Assembly (NCBI GenBank): GCA_016432645.1 | Contig: CP066698.1 | Location: 20,245-84,244, forward strand | Origin: Candidatus Falkowbacteria bacterium | GTDB taxonomy: Bacteria > Patescibacteriota > Patescibacteriia > Patescibacteriales > UBA12465 | Direction of reading: 5' to 3' | Length of the DNA stretch: 64,000 nucleotides | Part shown: in pieces, positions 27,212 to 36,401 of the stretch | How the letters are laid out: every line of letters begins with the position of its first letter | Position numbering within the stretch: position 1 is the first letter of the stretch | Made by a program: the position numbers and the translations under genes | Notes under the pieces: model-generated | The model's input: only the letters and a program-made list of their open reading frames with translations | Told to the model about the DNA's origin: nothing | Databases searched by the model: none

Positions 27212-28522
27212 ATGACCACCGAAGGCGTTAAAATAAAAAAACCGAAATTAGAATTGTTAGCGCCGGCGGGCAATATGTTAAAGTTGCAAACAGCTTTAGT
27301 TTATGGCGCCGATGCGGTTTATCTCGGTATTCCTGATTTTTCTTTGCGCGTGCGCATTAATGATTTTGATTTTTTAGGAATTAAAAAAGCGGTTGCTGAC
27401 GCGCACCAACAGGGAAAGCGAGCTTATATTACAGTTAATATTTTTGCGCATAATCAGCATTTTAGTAAGCTAGAAGCCTATTTGAAAAAATTGAAACCGC
27501 TGGGAGTTGACGCGTTTATTGTCTCCGATCCGGGAGTTCTTAGTTTGATTAAAAAAATTATTCCGAGTGCTGAATTGCATTTATCGACTCAAGCTAACTG
27601 CACGAATTTGGAAGCCGCTCGTTTTTGGTTTAACCAGGGCGTTAGCCGCGTTGTTTTGGGCCGGGAAGTAACCTTGGCAGAAATTAAAGCTATCCATCGA
27701 GCTTTGCCAAAATTAGAATTAGAATATTTTGTGCACGGAGCAATGTGTATGGCCTATTCCGGCCGCTGCTTTCTTTCTAAAATGTTTGTTAACCGCAGCG
27801 GGAATCTCGGTGACTGCGCCCAGCCCTGCCGCTGGCAATATGATGTTAATCGTTACACTATTAAGGCGCGCGGGCATGAGGAAGATTTAGAGTTGGTGGA
27901 AGAGGAACATGGGACTTATTTGCTGAACTCTAAAGATTTATGTTTGATTAAGTATTTACCGGAATTAATTAAGGCGGGTGTGACCAGTTTTAAAATAGAA
28001 GGCCGCGCCAAAAGTGTTTATTATCAAGCGACCGTCTGCGCTATTTACCGTCGCGCCCTTAATTTAATCGCCAGCAAAACTGCTGCGCCAAAATTAAAAA
28101 AAGAGCTTGCTTATCTATACAAAGAGCTGGAAACTAAATTAATTCATCGCGGCTATACGACCGGATTTTTATTGGGCGATAAGGCTGAGCAGAATATCGC
28201 TGATTCTCATAACAAAAGTGATTGGGAGTTTTGCGGCCAGGTTGTCAGAACCGTTCAAGATAAAGATGGTAAAACCAGTTTATTGTTTAAGGTTCATAAC
28301 ACTATTAAGCTTGGCGATGAAATCGAGATTATTGGCTTTGATTATGATATAATAAAAATGAAGTTGCAGAAATTGATAAGTGCTAAGACTCAAGAAGAAT
28401 TAACGGAAGCTCATGGCGGTGGTGGCGCCCAGAAGTGCCTAATTCAGTTGAAAAAAAATATTATTTTGCCGGAACTGGCGGTTATTCGCCGTCAGCTAAA
28501 GTCGGAAATTAAAAAACAGTAA
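27212..28522 (+). CDS. Peptidase U32 family protein
   Basis: 436 aa. LELLAPAGNMLKLQTALVYGADAVYLG and EYFVHGAMCMAYSGRCFLS are U32 signatures. Confidence 0.85.
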   Translation: MTTEGVKIKKPKLELLAPAGNMLKLQTALVYGADAVYLGIPDFSLRVRINDFDFLGIKKAVADAHQQGKRAYITVNIFAHNQHFSKLEAYLKKLKPLGVDAFIVSDPGVLSLIKKIIPSAELHLSTQANCTNLEAARFWFNQGVSRVVLGREVTLAEIKAIHRALPKLELEYFVHGAMCMAYSGRCFLSKMFVNRSGNLGDCAQPCRWQYDVNRYTIKARGHEEDLELVEEEHGTYLLNSKDLCLIKYLPELIKAGVTSFKIEGRAKSVYYQATVCAIYRRALNLIASKTAAPKLKKELAYLYKELETKLIHRGYTTGFLLGDKAEQNIADSHNKSDWEFCGQVVRTVQDKDGKTSLLFKVHNTIKLGDEIEIIGFDYDIIKMKLQKLISAKTQEELTEAHGGGGAQKCLIQLKKNIILPELAVIRRQLKSEIKKQ

Positions 28523-28528
28523 TAAAAT

Positions 28529-29107
28529 ATGATTTCTTATTTACGGGGCACAATTATTTCTAAATCTACTAGTTATTTTATTTTGGATGTCCGTGATATT
28601 GGCTATGCGATTTTTGCCGGTGAAAATTTTTTAAATGAAATCAAAACCGGAGAATCGCTGGAGGTTTTTACTCATCATCACGTTCGCGAAGAGGCTTCCG
28701 ATTTATATGGTTTTAAAAGTTTGGAAGAACTAGATTTATTTGAAATGTTAATTAGCGTTTCTGGAGTCGGTCCTAAATCGGCTTTAGGCGTATTAGCGAT
28801 TGCGACGGCCGGCGACATCAAAGAATCAATTGTCAGGGGCGACGCCGAGCTGTTAACTAAAGTTTCCGGCATTGGCCGTAAGACCGCAGAGCGCTTGGTT
28901 TTAGAACTTAAGGGCAAGATTATGAAAATCGCCCCCAGTTCTAAATTGGGCGTTGGCGGCCCCTTGTCTTCGAGTGATGAGTTAGATGCCTTAATGTCTT
29001 TGGGATATTCTTTAAGTGAAGCTCGGGCGGCGCTTGGAAGCGTAGATCCGGAGCTTAAAGATACTAGCGCCAGAGTAAAACAAGCCTTAAAAATTATGAA
29101 AAAATGA
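28529..29107 (+). CDS. ruvA: Holliday junction branch-migration complex subunit RuvA
   Basis: 192 aa with the N-terminal OB domain MISYLRGTI, HhH motifs (VSGVGPKSALGVLA; VSGIGRKTAERLVLEL), and a C-terminal RuvB-interacting domain. Confidence 0.9.
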   Translation: MISYLRGTIISKSTSYFILDVRDIGYAIFAGENFLNEIKTGESLEVFTHHHVREEASDLYGFKSLEELDLFEMLISVSGVGPKSALGVLAIATAGDIKESIVRGDAELLTKVSGIGRKTAERLVLELKGKIMKIAPSSKLGVGGPLSSSDELDALMSLGYSLSEARAALGSVDPELKDTSARVKQALKIMKK

Positions 29108-29155
29108 AGCTTTACAAGCGCTCATTTTTTGGATAGGATAAAAGAAAAGAACTAT

Positions 29156-30592
29156 ATGGCAATTAGCGAAAAAAGAACAATTACAAAACAAGAAGTTGAT
29201 TTTCCCGCCTGGTATCAAGATGTCGTCCGTGAAGCGGAATTAGCTGAATCTTCCGAGGTCCGCGGCTGCGGTATTGTCCGCCCTTATGGCTTAAAAATCT
29301 GGGAATTAATTAAAGCTGAACTTAGTCGCCGTCTGGAAGATGATGGCGTGGAAAATGTTTATTTTCCGGTTTTTGTGCCTCTGGAGAATTTGGAAGCGGA
29401 AAAAGATCATGTTGAAGGATTCGCGCCTGAACTGGCTGTTGTTACTCATGCCGGCGGCGAAGAGTTAACTAATAAACTGGCTATCCGCCCCACTTCCGAA
29501 GCGGCGATGTATAAAACTTATGCTAAATGGATTCAGAGTTATAAAGATTTGCCTTTGCGTTTAAATCAGTGGGCGAATGTTGTTCGTTGGGAAAAGCGGC
29601 CGCGTGCTTTTTTGCGCTGGAGCGAATTTTTATGGCAAGAAGGCCATACGGCTTTTGCTAATGAAGATGAGGCTCGATCCGAAGTGATAAAAATGTTGGA
29701 TATATATAAGGATGTTTATGATTTTATGGCCATCCCGACTTTTACTGGCCGAAAATCAGAGAATGAAAAATTTGCCGGTGCGGTTATGACGACCACTGTT
29801 GAAGTAATGGCTAAAGATGGCAAGGCTATTCAAGGAGCTACCAGCCATTATTTAGGAACTAATTTTGCTAAAGTGTTCGGCGTAAATTATTTGGGTGCAG
29901 ATGGGAGTTCTCATCTTGCTCACCAAAATAGCTGGGGGCTCTCTTGGCGTTCAGTGGGCGCTTTGGTTATGGTGCACGGCGATGATAATGGTTTGCGCTT
30001 GCCGCCGAATATCGCGCCTATTCAAATTGTAATTGTGCCGATTTATAAAGATGAAGTTTCCCGTCAGCAAGTTTTGGATTTTTGCCAGACCATTAAAAAT
30101 AAATTTGGAATTAGCTATCGCATCAAAATTGATGAACGCGATGGACAAACCCCGGGATTTAAGTTTAATTATTGGGAAGTTCGCGGCGTGCCTGTCAGGT
30201 TGGAAGTCGGCTTAAAGGAGCTTGCGGAAAATAAAGTAACTTTATTCAGACGAGACAATGGAATTAAGGAGGTGGTGGCCGTTGAAGATTTAGATAAGTC
30301 CTTGCCGTCCATCATGTCTGATATTCATCAGAGCCTCTATCAGCAAGCAGTTGATTTTTCTAAGAAAAATATTAATAGAATTGAAAGTTGGGATGAAATT
30401 AAGGAGCAGACTGGCTGGTTTGAGGCTAGTTGGAGCGAGGATCCGGAAACTGAAAAACAGCTAAAAGAAAAATATGGAATTGTCTCTCGGGTATTGCTAA
30501 GAGAAAAAGAAAATGAGGCGCCAAAAAATAAAAAATGCTTTATCAGCGGCCAAGAGGCTAAGCATGATTGGCTATTTGCTAAGTGTTACTAA
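29156..30592 (+). CDS. proS: Prolyl-tRNA synthetase, archaeal/eukaryotic type
   Basis: Class II ProRS: FPAWYQDVVREAELAESSEVRGCGIVRPYGLKIWELI, motif 2/3 regions, and a C-terminal zinc-binding domain. ATG 29156 chosen over the TTG at 29129. Confidence 0.85.
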   Translation: MAISEKRTITKQEVDFPAWYQDVVREAELAESSEVRGCGIVRPYGLKIWELIKAELSRRLEDDGVENVYFPVFVPLENLEAEKDHVEGFAPELAVVTHAGGEELTNKLAIRPTSEAAMYKTYAKWIQSYKDLPLRLNQWANVVRWEKRPRAFLRWSEFLWQEGHTAFANEDEARSEVIKMLDIYKDVYDFMAIPTFTGRKSENEKFAGAVMTTTVEVMAKDGKAIQGATSHYLGTNFAKVFGVNYLGADGSSHLAHQNSWGLSWRSVGALVMVHGDDNGLRLPPNIAPIQIVIVPIYKDEVSRQQVLDFCQTIKNKFGISYRIKIDERDGQTPGFKFNYWEVRGVPVRLEVGLKELAENKVTLFRRDNGIKEVVAVEDLDKSLPSIMSDIHQSLYQQAVDFSKKNINRIESWDEIKEQTGWFEASWSEDPETEKQLKEKYGIVSRVLLREKENEAPKNKKCFISGQEAKHDWLFAKCY

Positions 30593-30605
30593 AATACTCT
30601 AAACT

Positions 30606-31646
30606 ATGTTCAATAGATTAATCGGAAAATTCAGCCATGATTTAGGAATCGATTTAGGTACTAGAAATACCCTAGTTTATCTTAGCGATAAAGGTTTAGT
30701 GATTAACGAGCCGAGCGTGGTCGCCATTAATAAGAGAACTAATGAAATCTTAGAAGTTGGGGAAGCCGCTAAAAAAATGGTCGGCAAAACGCCGGGACAT
30801 ATTGAAGCGATTAAGCCGCTGGTTGACGGGGTGATTTCAGATTTTGAAGTTACCGAAAAAATGCTTAAATATTTTATCGGTAAAGTCCACAGTGATAATT
30901 TTGCTTTAGTTTCTCGGCCGCGCGTGGTGATTGGCATCCCGCTGGATTTAACGGAGGTAGAAAAAAAAGCGGTGGAAGATGCCGCTAAATCAGCTGGCGC
31001 GCGCAAAGTTTATTTAATTGAGGAAGCGATGGCGTCGGCGATTGGGGCTCGTTTGCCAGTAACCGATGCTACGGCCACCATGATTGTGGATATCGGCGGT
31101 GGCACCACGGAAATTGCGGTTATTTCTTTGGGAGGCGTGGTTACTTGGAAATCTCTAAAAGCCGCCGGCAACGAATTCGACAGCAATATTATTGAATATA
31201 TCCGCGAGGAATTTAATATTTTAATCGGCGAGCAGCTGGCTGAAAGCATCAAAATTGGGATTGGGTCGGCCGTGCCGCTTGATGAACCGAAAGAAATGGA
31301 GGTTCGCGGCCGCGATTTATTAACCGGGTTGCCAAAAGCGATTATGATTAATGATAAGCAAATTAGAGAAGCGATTGGGCGTACCGTCAGTAAGATAATT
31401 GATAATATTAAAACTATTTTAGAAACTACGCCGCCGGAATTAGTTTCCGATATTTATGAACGCGGCCTTTATTTATCAGGTGGCGGCGCTTTGCTTCGCG
31501 GTTTAGATAAAGCAATTTCGGCTGCCTCTAAGATTCCGGTTAAAATTGTGGATGATCCTTTAACTTGCGTTGCCCGCGGGACCGGTTTATTGTTAAATAA
31601 CAAAGAATTATTAGAAAAAGTAATTCTCCCAACCAGTTCTGATTAA
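30606..31646 (+). CDS. mreB: Rod shape-determining actin homolog MreB
   Basis: 346 aa. DLGIDLGTRNTLVYL, the phosphate-binding loops (VDIGGGTTEIAV) and the adjacent mreC gene support the call. Confidence 0.9.
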   Translation: MFNRLIGKFSHDLGIDLGTRNTLVYLSDKGLVINEPSVVAINKRTNEILEVGEAAKKMVGKTPGHIEAIKPLVDGVISDFEVTEKMLKYFIGKVHSDNFALVSRPRVVIGIPLDLTEVEKKAVEDAAKSAGARKVYLIEEAMASAIGARLPVTDATATMIVDIGGGTTEIAVISLGGVVTWKSLKAAGNEFDSNIIEYIREEFNILIGEQLAESIKIGIGSAVPLDEPKEMEVRGRDLLTGLPKAIMINDKQIREAIGRTVSKIIDNIKTILETTPPELVSDIYERGLYLSGGGALLRGLDKAISAASKIPVKIVDDPLTCVARGTGLLLNNKELLEKVILPTSSD

Positions 31647-31675
31647 TTCCTATTTTTTAAGAAACTTGCGTTTAT

Positions 31676-32488
31676 ATGATTAGGATTAAGAAAAACAATC
31701 CTTGGTTAATTTTTACGGTAGTTCTCGGACTACTGGTTTTTTTACATGGAATCGGGGTTATTCGCCCTCTAGAGAACGCTTTGCTGTTTTTGATAAAACC
31801 GGTAAGCAGTAAACTGTATGTTTGGGGTACAGGGGTCAGCTCTTCTTATAGCGAAAATCGAGAAAAAGCTGATTTACTTTCGGAAATTAATCGCTTGCAA
31901 CAAACAGTCGCTGCCCTAACTATCCAAGATTCTCATTGGCGGGAAGTTGAAGGAGAGAATGAAAAATTACGCGGACAATTAAATTTTGTAGCCGCCAATA
32001 AATTTCGCGTGGTTTTGGCTAACATAATTGCCAAGGAAGAATCTTTTTCGGCAACTGAAAATAGCCGTGATTTAGTGATTAATCGGGGGCAAAAAGATGG
32101 TTTGCGTCCCGACTACGGCGTACTTAGCCCCGACGGCGCTATTATTGGCAAGATTGTGGAGGTTAATGATACGAGTTCCCGGATTTGTTTGGTGACTAGC
32201 CCCGGCTGCCAATTAGCCGCTAGCCTGCAAAATGAGGATAAAACCAAGGGAATTACCGATGGCAATTTAGGGCTGACAATTAACATGAATTACATTCCGC
32301 AATTAGAAAAGATTGCCCTGGGCGATATGGTAATTACTTCCGGATTGGGCGGAAACATTCCTCGCGGCCTGGTAATCGGCAAAGTTTCGGAAGTTAAAAG
32401 TGAAAGTAATGAAGTTTGGCAGGCGGCCATTATTGAGCCGTTAGTTAATTTAAATGATTTAACGGTTGTTTCCATCGTCATTCCTTAA
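31676..32488 (+). CDS. mreC: Rod shape-determining protein MreC
   Basis: 270 aa with an N-terminal TM, a coiled coil (NRLQQTVAALTIQ), and a C-terminal beta domain. Sits between mreB and a polytopic membrane gene. Confidence 0.8.
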   Translation: MIRIKKNNPWLIFTVVLGLLVFLHGIGVIRPLENALLFLIKPVSSKLYVWGTGVSSSYSENREKADLLSEINRLQQTVAALTIQDSHWREVEGENEKLRGQLNFVAANKFRVVLANIIAKEESFSATENSRDLVINRGQKDGLRPDYGVLSPDGAIIGKIVEVNDTSSRICLVTSPGCQLAASLQNEDKTKGITDGNLGLTINMNYIPQLEKIALGDMVITSGLGGNIPRGLVIGKVSEVKSESNEVWQAAIIEPLVNLNDLTVVSIVIP

Positions 32489-32496
32489 AAGAATTT

Positions 32497-33039
32497 ATGC
32501 TTAAAAAAGTCGGACAAATCTTAATTTTTGCCGCGGTTTGCTTGGTGGCTGCTACTTGGCAATTTGCTTTTATTTCCTCGCTTCCCGGCGTTTTTAATCA
32601 AATAAATCTCGGTTTAATGCTCTTAATATTTATTTTATTCTTTTTTGGGGCTAGGGCCGCTTTATTTTTTATTTTTTCTTTTGGATTTTTGATGGATACT
32701 TTTTCTTTTCAATTTTTTAGCTTTTATTTTATCTGTTTGGCGGTGGCCGCGGTAGCCTCGTATTTAATTTTAGAGAATTGGCTAACCAATAAATCTTTAT
32801 ATTCTTTTTGGGTTTTATTTTTAGTGGCGACTTTGGTTTATAATTTGGCGGCGGGTATTCTTACTTTTTTAGCGGCTAATTTTCAAGGTTTGCCTGGATT
32901 TTTAACCTTTTCTTTTTGGCGCAATGTTTTTTATCAATCAGCCTGGAATATTTTAGCGGCCGCTTTATTTTTTAATATTTCGGTGGTTTTAGCCAAAAGA
33001 TTCCAGCCGTTCTTTCTGGAAAAGAAAAGCGGGTTGTGA
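32497..33039 (+). CDS. mreD: Rod shape-determining protein MreD (putative)
   Basis: 180-aa polytopic membrane protein immediately after mreC. Assigned by position and hydrophobicity only. Confidence 0.55.
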   Translation: MLKKVGQILIFAAVCLVAATWQFAFISSLPGVFNQINLGLMLLIFILFFFGARAALFFIFSFGFLMDTFSFQFFSFYFICLAVAAVASYLILENWLTNKSLYSFWVLFLVATLVYNLAAGILTFLAANFQGLPGFLTFSFWRNVFYQSAWNILAAALFFNISVVLAKRFQPFFLEKKSGL

Positions 33040-33063
33040 TATTATAAAAGTAATCTAAAAAAT

Positions 33064-34056
33064 ATGATTTACGATTTTATTACTATCGGCGGCGCTACTC
33101 GAGATATCAGTTTTTTTACTGATCAAGGGATTTTAATTAATAATCCGCGGGATATTTTACGCCAACAGCTTTTAGCCTTTGAATATGGCGCTAAAATTAG
33201 AATTGATAAGTTCAACTATAGTTATGGCGGCGGCGCGGCTAATGCCGCAGTTAATTTGGCTCATTTCGGCTTTAAGGCTGGATGTTTATCGGCCATCGGC
33301 GATGATGAAAATGGCCGGGCGATAATTAAAAATTTTCAAGAACGACAAGTAGCGGTTTCTTTGATAAAAAAAATAGCGGGCGTACATAGTGGTTTTTCAT
33401 TTATTATAATTTCTAAAACCGGCGAACGGATAATTTTTACCGAACGCGGGGCTAACGGCCTATTGCAAATTTCTAATAAAGAAGAAGCCGCGCTTAAGAA
33501 TGCCAAAAATATCTACATTTCTTCTCTGTCAGGTAATTGGCCGGCAATTTTGAAAAAAGTTTTTGCTATTGCTTCGCGGCAGGGAATCAGAGTTGCCTGG
33601 AATCCGAGCGAGGCGCAATATTCCAGCGGCTTGAAAAGATTAATGCCGTTCTTAAAAAATACTTTTATTTTTTCGGTGAATAAGGATGAGGCAATTGAAC
33701 TGGCCCTGGCTCATTCCAAACTGCGCGGCCAAAAAATAAAAACCGCCTTTCTTAATGATGAAAAAAATTTGCTCCAAATAATTAAAGGTTATGGTCCGAA
33801 AATAGTATTGATTACTTCTGGCAGCGCCGGCGCCTACGCTTACGATGGACAGAAATTTTACTACCAGCCGATATGCCAAGAAAAAAAACGAGTTGACACT
33901 ACTGGTGTTGGCGATATTTTTAATTCTACGTTTGCGGCTGGCGTTGAATTGTTCAAGGGAGATATTAAAAAAGCTTTGCTGCTAAGTGCGCGCAACACCG
34001 CTTCTAAAATTGCCCATTTGGGAGCACAAAATGGATTATTAAAAATAAAAATGTAA
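33064..34056 (+). CDS. PfkB-family carbohydrate/nucleoside kinase (ribokinase-like)
   Basis: 330 aa with an N-terminal GG motif (YGGGAANAAVNLAHFG) and the C-terminal anion-hole motif DTTGVGDIFNSTFAAG. Confidence 0.75.
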   Translation: MIYDFITIGGATRDISFFTDQGILINNPRDILRQQLLAFEYGAKIRIDKFNYSYGGGAANAAVNLAHFGFKAGCLSAIGDDENGRAIIKNFQERQVAVSLIKKIAGVHSGFSFIIISKTGERIIFTERGANGLLQISNKEEAALKNAKNIYISSLSGNWPAILKKVFAIASRQGIRVAWNPSEAQYSSGLKRLMPFLKNTFIFSVNKDEAIELALAHSKLRGQKIKTAFLNDEKNLLQIIKGYGPKIVLITSGSAGAYAYDGQKFYYQPICQEKKRVDTTGVGDIFNSTFAAGVELFKGDIKKALLLSARNTASKIAHLGAQNGLLKIKM

Positions 34057-34066
34057 AGATAATTTT

Positions 34067-34519
34067 ATGATAAATGAGGTAATAATTAAAGAACTTACTA
34101 AAAATAATGATGAACGCGGCTTTTTAACCGAACTTTTTCGAGCCGATGAATTAGATTTTAAGCCAGCCATGTCTTATGCTAGCTTTACTAATCCCGGGGT
34201 AATTAGGGGTCCGCATGAGCACGTAGCTCAAAGCGATTGTTTTGTTTTTCTGGGTCCGGGTAGTTTTGCGCTCCATCTTTGGGATCGAAGAGAAAACTCC
34301 AGTACTAACGGCGAGAAAATGGAAATTATTGTTGGTGAAAATAACCCCACTCTAGTAATTGTTCCTCCAGGGGTAGTTCATGGTTATAAATGTGTTTCGG
34401 AAATTCCAGCTTTAAGTCTTAACTTTCCGGATAAGCTTTACCGTGGTGAAGGCAAGAAGGAAGAAGTCGACGAAATCCGTTGGGAGAAAGACCCTGAAAG
34501 TCCTTATAAAATAAGCTAA
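34067..34519 (+). CDS. RmlC-like cupin (dTDP-4-dehydrorhamnose 3,5-epimerase-like)
   Basis: 150 aa. DERGFLTELFR and the His-containing cupin core (GPHEHVAQSDCFVF) resemble RmlC/WxcM cupins. It is shorter than canonical RmlC. Confidence 0.6.
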   Translation: MINEVIIKELTKNNDERGFLTELFRADELDFKPAMSYASFTNPGVIRGPHEHVAQSDCFVFLGPGSFALHLWDRRENSSTNGEKMEIIVGENNPTLVIVPPGVVHGYKCVSEIPALSLNFPDKLYRGEGKKEEVDEIRWEKDPESPYKIS

Positions 34520-34530
34520 TCAAAAAATAT

Positions 34531-34926
34531 ATGTGTATTTTTTGCAAAATTGTGGCCGGTGAGCTGCCTGCTTATAAGATTTATGAAGATGAAAAAACTT
34601 TGGCTTTTTTAGATATTAAGCCTACTACCAGCGGCCATGCCTTGGTTATTACCAAAGCTCATTACGCCAACTTGGAAGAAATATCGGAAGTTGATTTAAC
34701 AGCGCTGGCTTTGGCAACTAAAAAGGTCGGTGCGCTTTTAAAGGAAAAATTAAATGTTCCTGGTTATAATATGTCATCCAATAATGACCCAGTGGCCGGG
34801 CAAGAAATTCCTCATATTCATTTTCATTTAATACCGCGCCATGAAGGGGATGGTCTGGTAAATTGGCCAAAAATTGAATATGGTCCCGGTGATATGGAAG
34901 AAATAGCTAAAAAATTAACCGCTTAA
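34531..34926 (+). CDS. HIT-family (histidine triad) nucleotide hydrolase/transferase
   Basis: 131 aa with CIFCKIV at the N-terminus and the H-x-H-x-H-xx triad IPHIHFHLIPR. Confidence 0.85.
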   Translation: MCIFCKIVAGELPAYKIYEDEKTLAFLDIKPTTSGHALVITKAHYANLEEISEVDLTALALATKKVGALLKEKLNVPGYNMSSNNDPVAGQEIPHIHFHLIPRHEGDGLVNWPKIEYGPGDMEEIAKKLTA

Positions 34927-34928
34927 TT

Positions 34929-35894
34929 ATGAAGTTACTTGTGACTGGCGGCGCCGGTTTTATCGGCTCCAATTTTATCCACTACTGGTTGAATAAATAT
35001 CCACAAGATCAAATTAGAAATCTCGATCTTTTGACTTATGCCGGTAATCCAGATAATTTAAAAGATCTTGAAAACAATCCTAATTATGAATTTATTCATG
35101 GCGATATTTGCAACCAAGCATTAGTAGAGACAGCTGTTCAAGGCGTAGATTTAATTGTCCATTTTGCGGCCGAGAGCCATGTTGACCGTTCAATCAGCGA
35201 CAGTTCTGATTTTGTTAAGACTAATGTCGAAGGTACGCGCGTTCTGCTGGATGCCGCTAAAAATAACGGCGGGATTAGGTTCCACCATGTTTCTACCGAT
35301 GAAGTTTTTGGCGCCTTGGAGATGGGCGATAAGAAATTCACTGAAGATACGCCTTATTCGCCGCGCTCTCCTTATAGCGCCTCTAAAGCTGCCAGTGATC
35401 ATTTAGTTAGAGCTTATTTTCATACCCATAAATTGCCGATTACTATTTCCAATTGCTCTAATAATTATGGGCCCTATCAATATCCTGAAAAATTAATCCC
35501 CTTATTCGTTACTAATTTAATGGAAGGTAAAAAGGTTCCGGTTTATGGCAACGGTTTGAATATCCGTGATTGGATTCATGTTGATGATCATAATTACGGC
35601 GTTGATTTAATTATTAAACAGGGAAAAATCGGTGAAACTTATTGCCTCGGTGGTAATAGTGAAAAAACTAATTTAGAAATTACCAAAGCTGTTTTAAATT
35701 TGATGGGCCAGGGGGAAGAAATGATTGAATATGTCGGCGATCGTTTAGGTCATGATTTAAGATATGCCATTGATTTTTCCAAAGCGGAAAAAGAATTAGG
35801 ATTTAAACCACAGCATTCATTTGAGAATGGCCTAAAGGAAACAGTGGAATGGTATAAAAATAATCAGACCTGGTGGAAAAAATTAAAAAAATAA
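34929..35894 (+). CDS. rmlB: dTDP-glucose 4,6-dehydratase
   Basis: 321-aa SDR. LLVTGGAGFIGSNF Rossmann motif, catalytic YSASKAASD, and a typical RfbB C-terminus. Confidence 0.8.
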   Translation: MKLLVTGGAGFIGSNFIHYWLNKYPQDQIRNLDLLTYAGNPDNLKDLENNPNYEFIHGDICNQALVETAVQGVDLIVHFAAESHVDRSISDSSDFVKTNVEGTRVLLDAAKNNGGIRFHHVSTDEVFGALEMGDKKFTEDTPYSPRSPYSASKAASDHLVRAYFHTHKLPITISNCSNNYGPYQYPEKLIPLFVTNLMEGKKVPVYGNGLNIRDWIHVDDHNYGVDLIIKQGKIGETYCLGGNSEKTNLEITKAVLNLMGQGEEMIEYVGDRLGHDLRYAIDFSKAEKELGFKPQHSFENGLKETVEWYKNNQTWWKKLKK

Positions 35895-35908
35895 GTAATA
35901 AAATAAGT

Positions 35909-36340
35909 ATGAAATCTAAAAAAATCTTTATTATTGAAGATGACGCCAATATCCTCTATGGCTTAGAGGCACAATTTTCTAATTCTGGCCTGGAAGTGGA
36001 AGTAAGCGAGGCAGAAGAAGAGGCGGAGGAGCTAATGGATAATTTGCGAGAGTTCCAACCGGATTTTATTGTGTTAGACTTAATTTTACCAAAAATTGAT
36101 GGCTTTGAAATTGTGAAGCGTTTAAAATCAGATGAGGAACTCGGTGAAAGGCAAATTTTTATTTTTACTGATTTAAGCGACGAGGACAGCCGCCAGCGCA
36201 GCTTGGAGATCGGTGCTGATTATGTCTTTTTTAAGGATGATTTTGATACTTTTCAATTTGCTGAAAAAGTGCTAAAAATAATTGATAATCAGGAAAAAAG
36301 TGAAGACAGCGACGATGACGATGAGCAGATGATTGATTAG
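35909..36340 (+). CDS. Stand-alone response-regulator receiver domain with acidic tail
   Basis: 143 aa from ATG 35909. Receiver motifs are IFIIEDD...DFIVLDLILPKIDGFEIVKRLK. No output domain. C-terminal tail is EKSEDSDDDDEQMID. Confidence 0.75.
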   Translation: MKSKKIFIIEDDANILYGLEAQFSNSGLEVEVSEAEEEAEELMDNLREFQPDFIVLDLILPKIDGFEIVKRLKSDEELGERQIFIFTDLSDEDSRQRSLEIGADYVFFKDDFDTFQFAEKVLKIIDNQEKSEDSDDDDEQMID

Positions 36341-36401
36341 CAAATATCTCTAAATTGACTAAAGGCGCGTAAGCGGTTAGAATAGGTCTGTATATTATCT
36401 T

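Noticed and set aside
30677-31252. Two minus-strand ORFs (109 and 80 aa)
   Set aside because: Both are antisense to the first mreB.
36356-36384. TTGACT-17-TAGAAT promoter-like sequence upstream of the second mreB
   Set aside because: Spacing fits, but it would leave an untranslated leader of only ~11 nt with no Shine-Dalgarno. Possible but weakly supported, so not listed as a feature.
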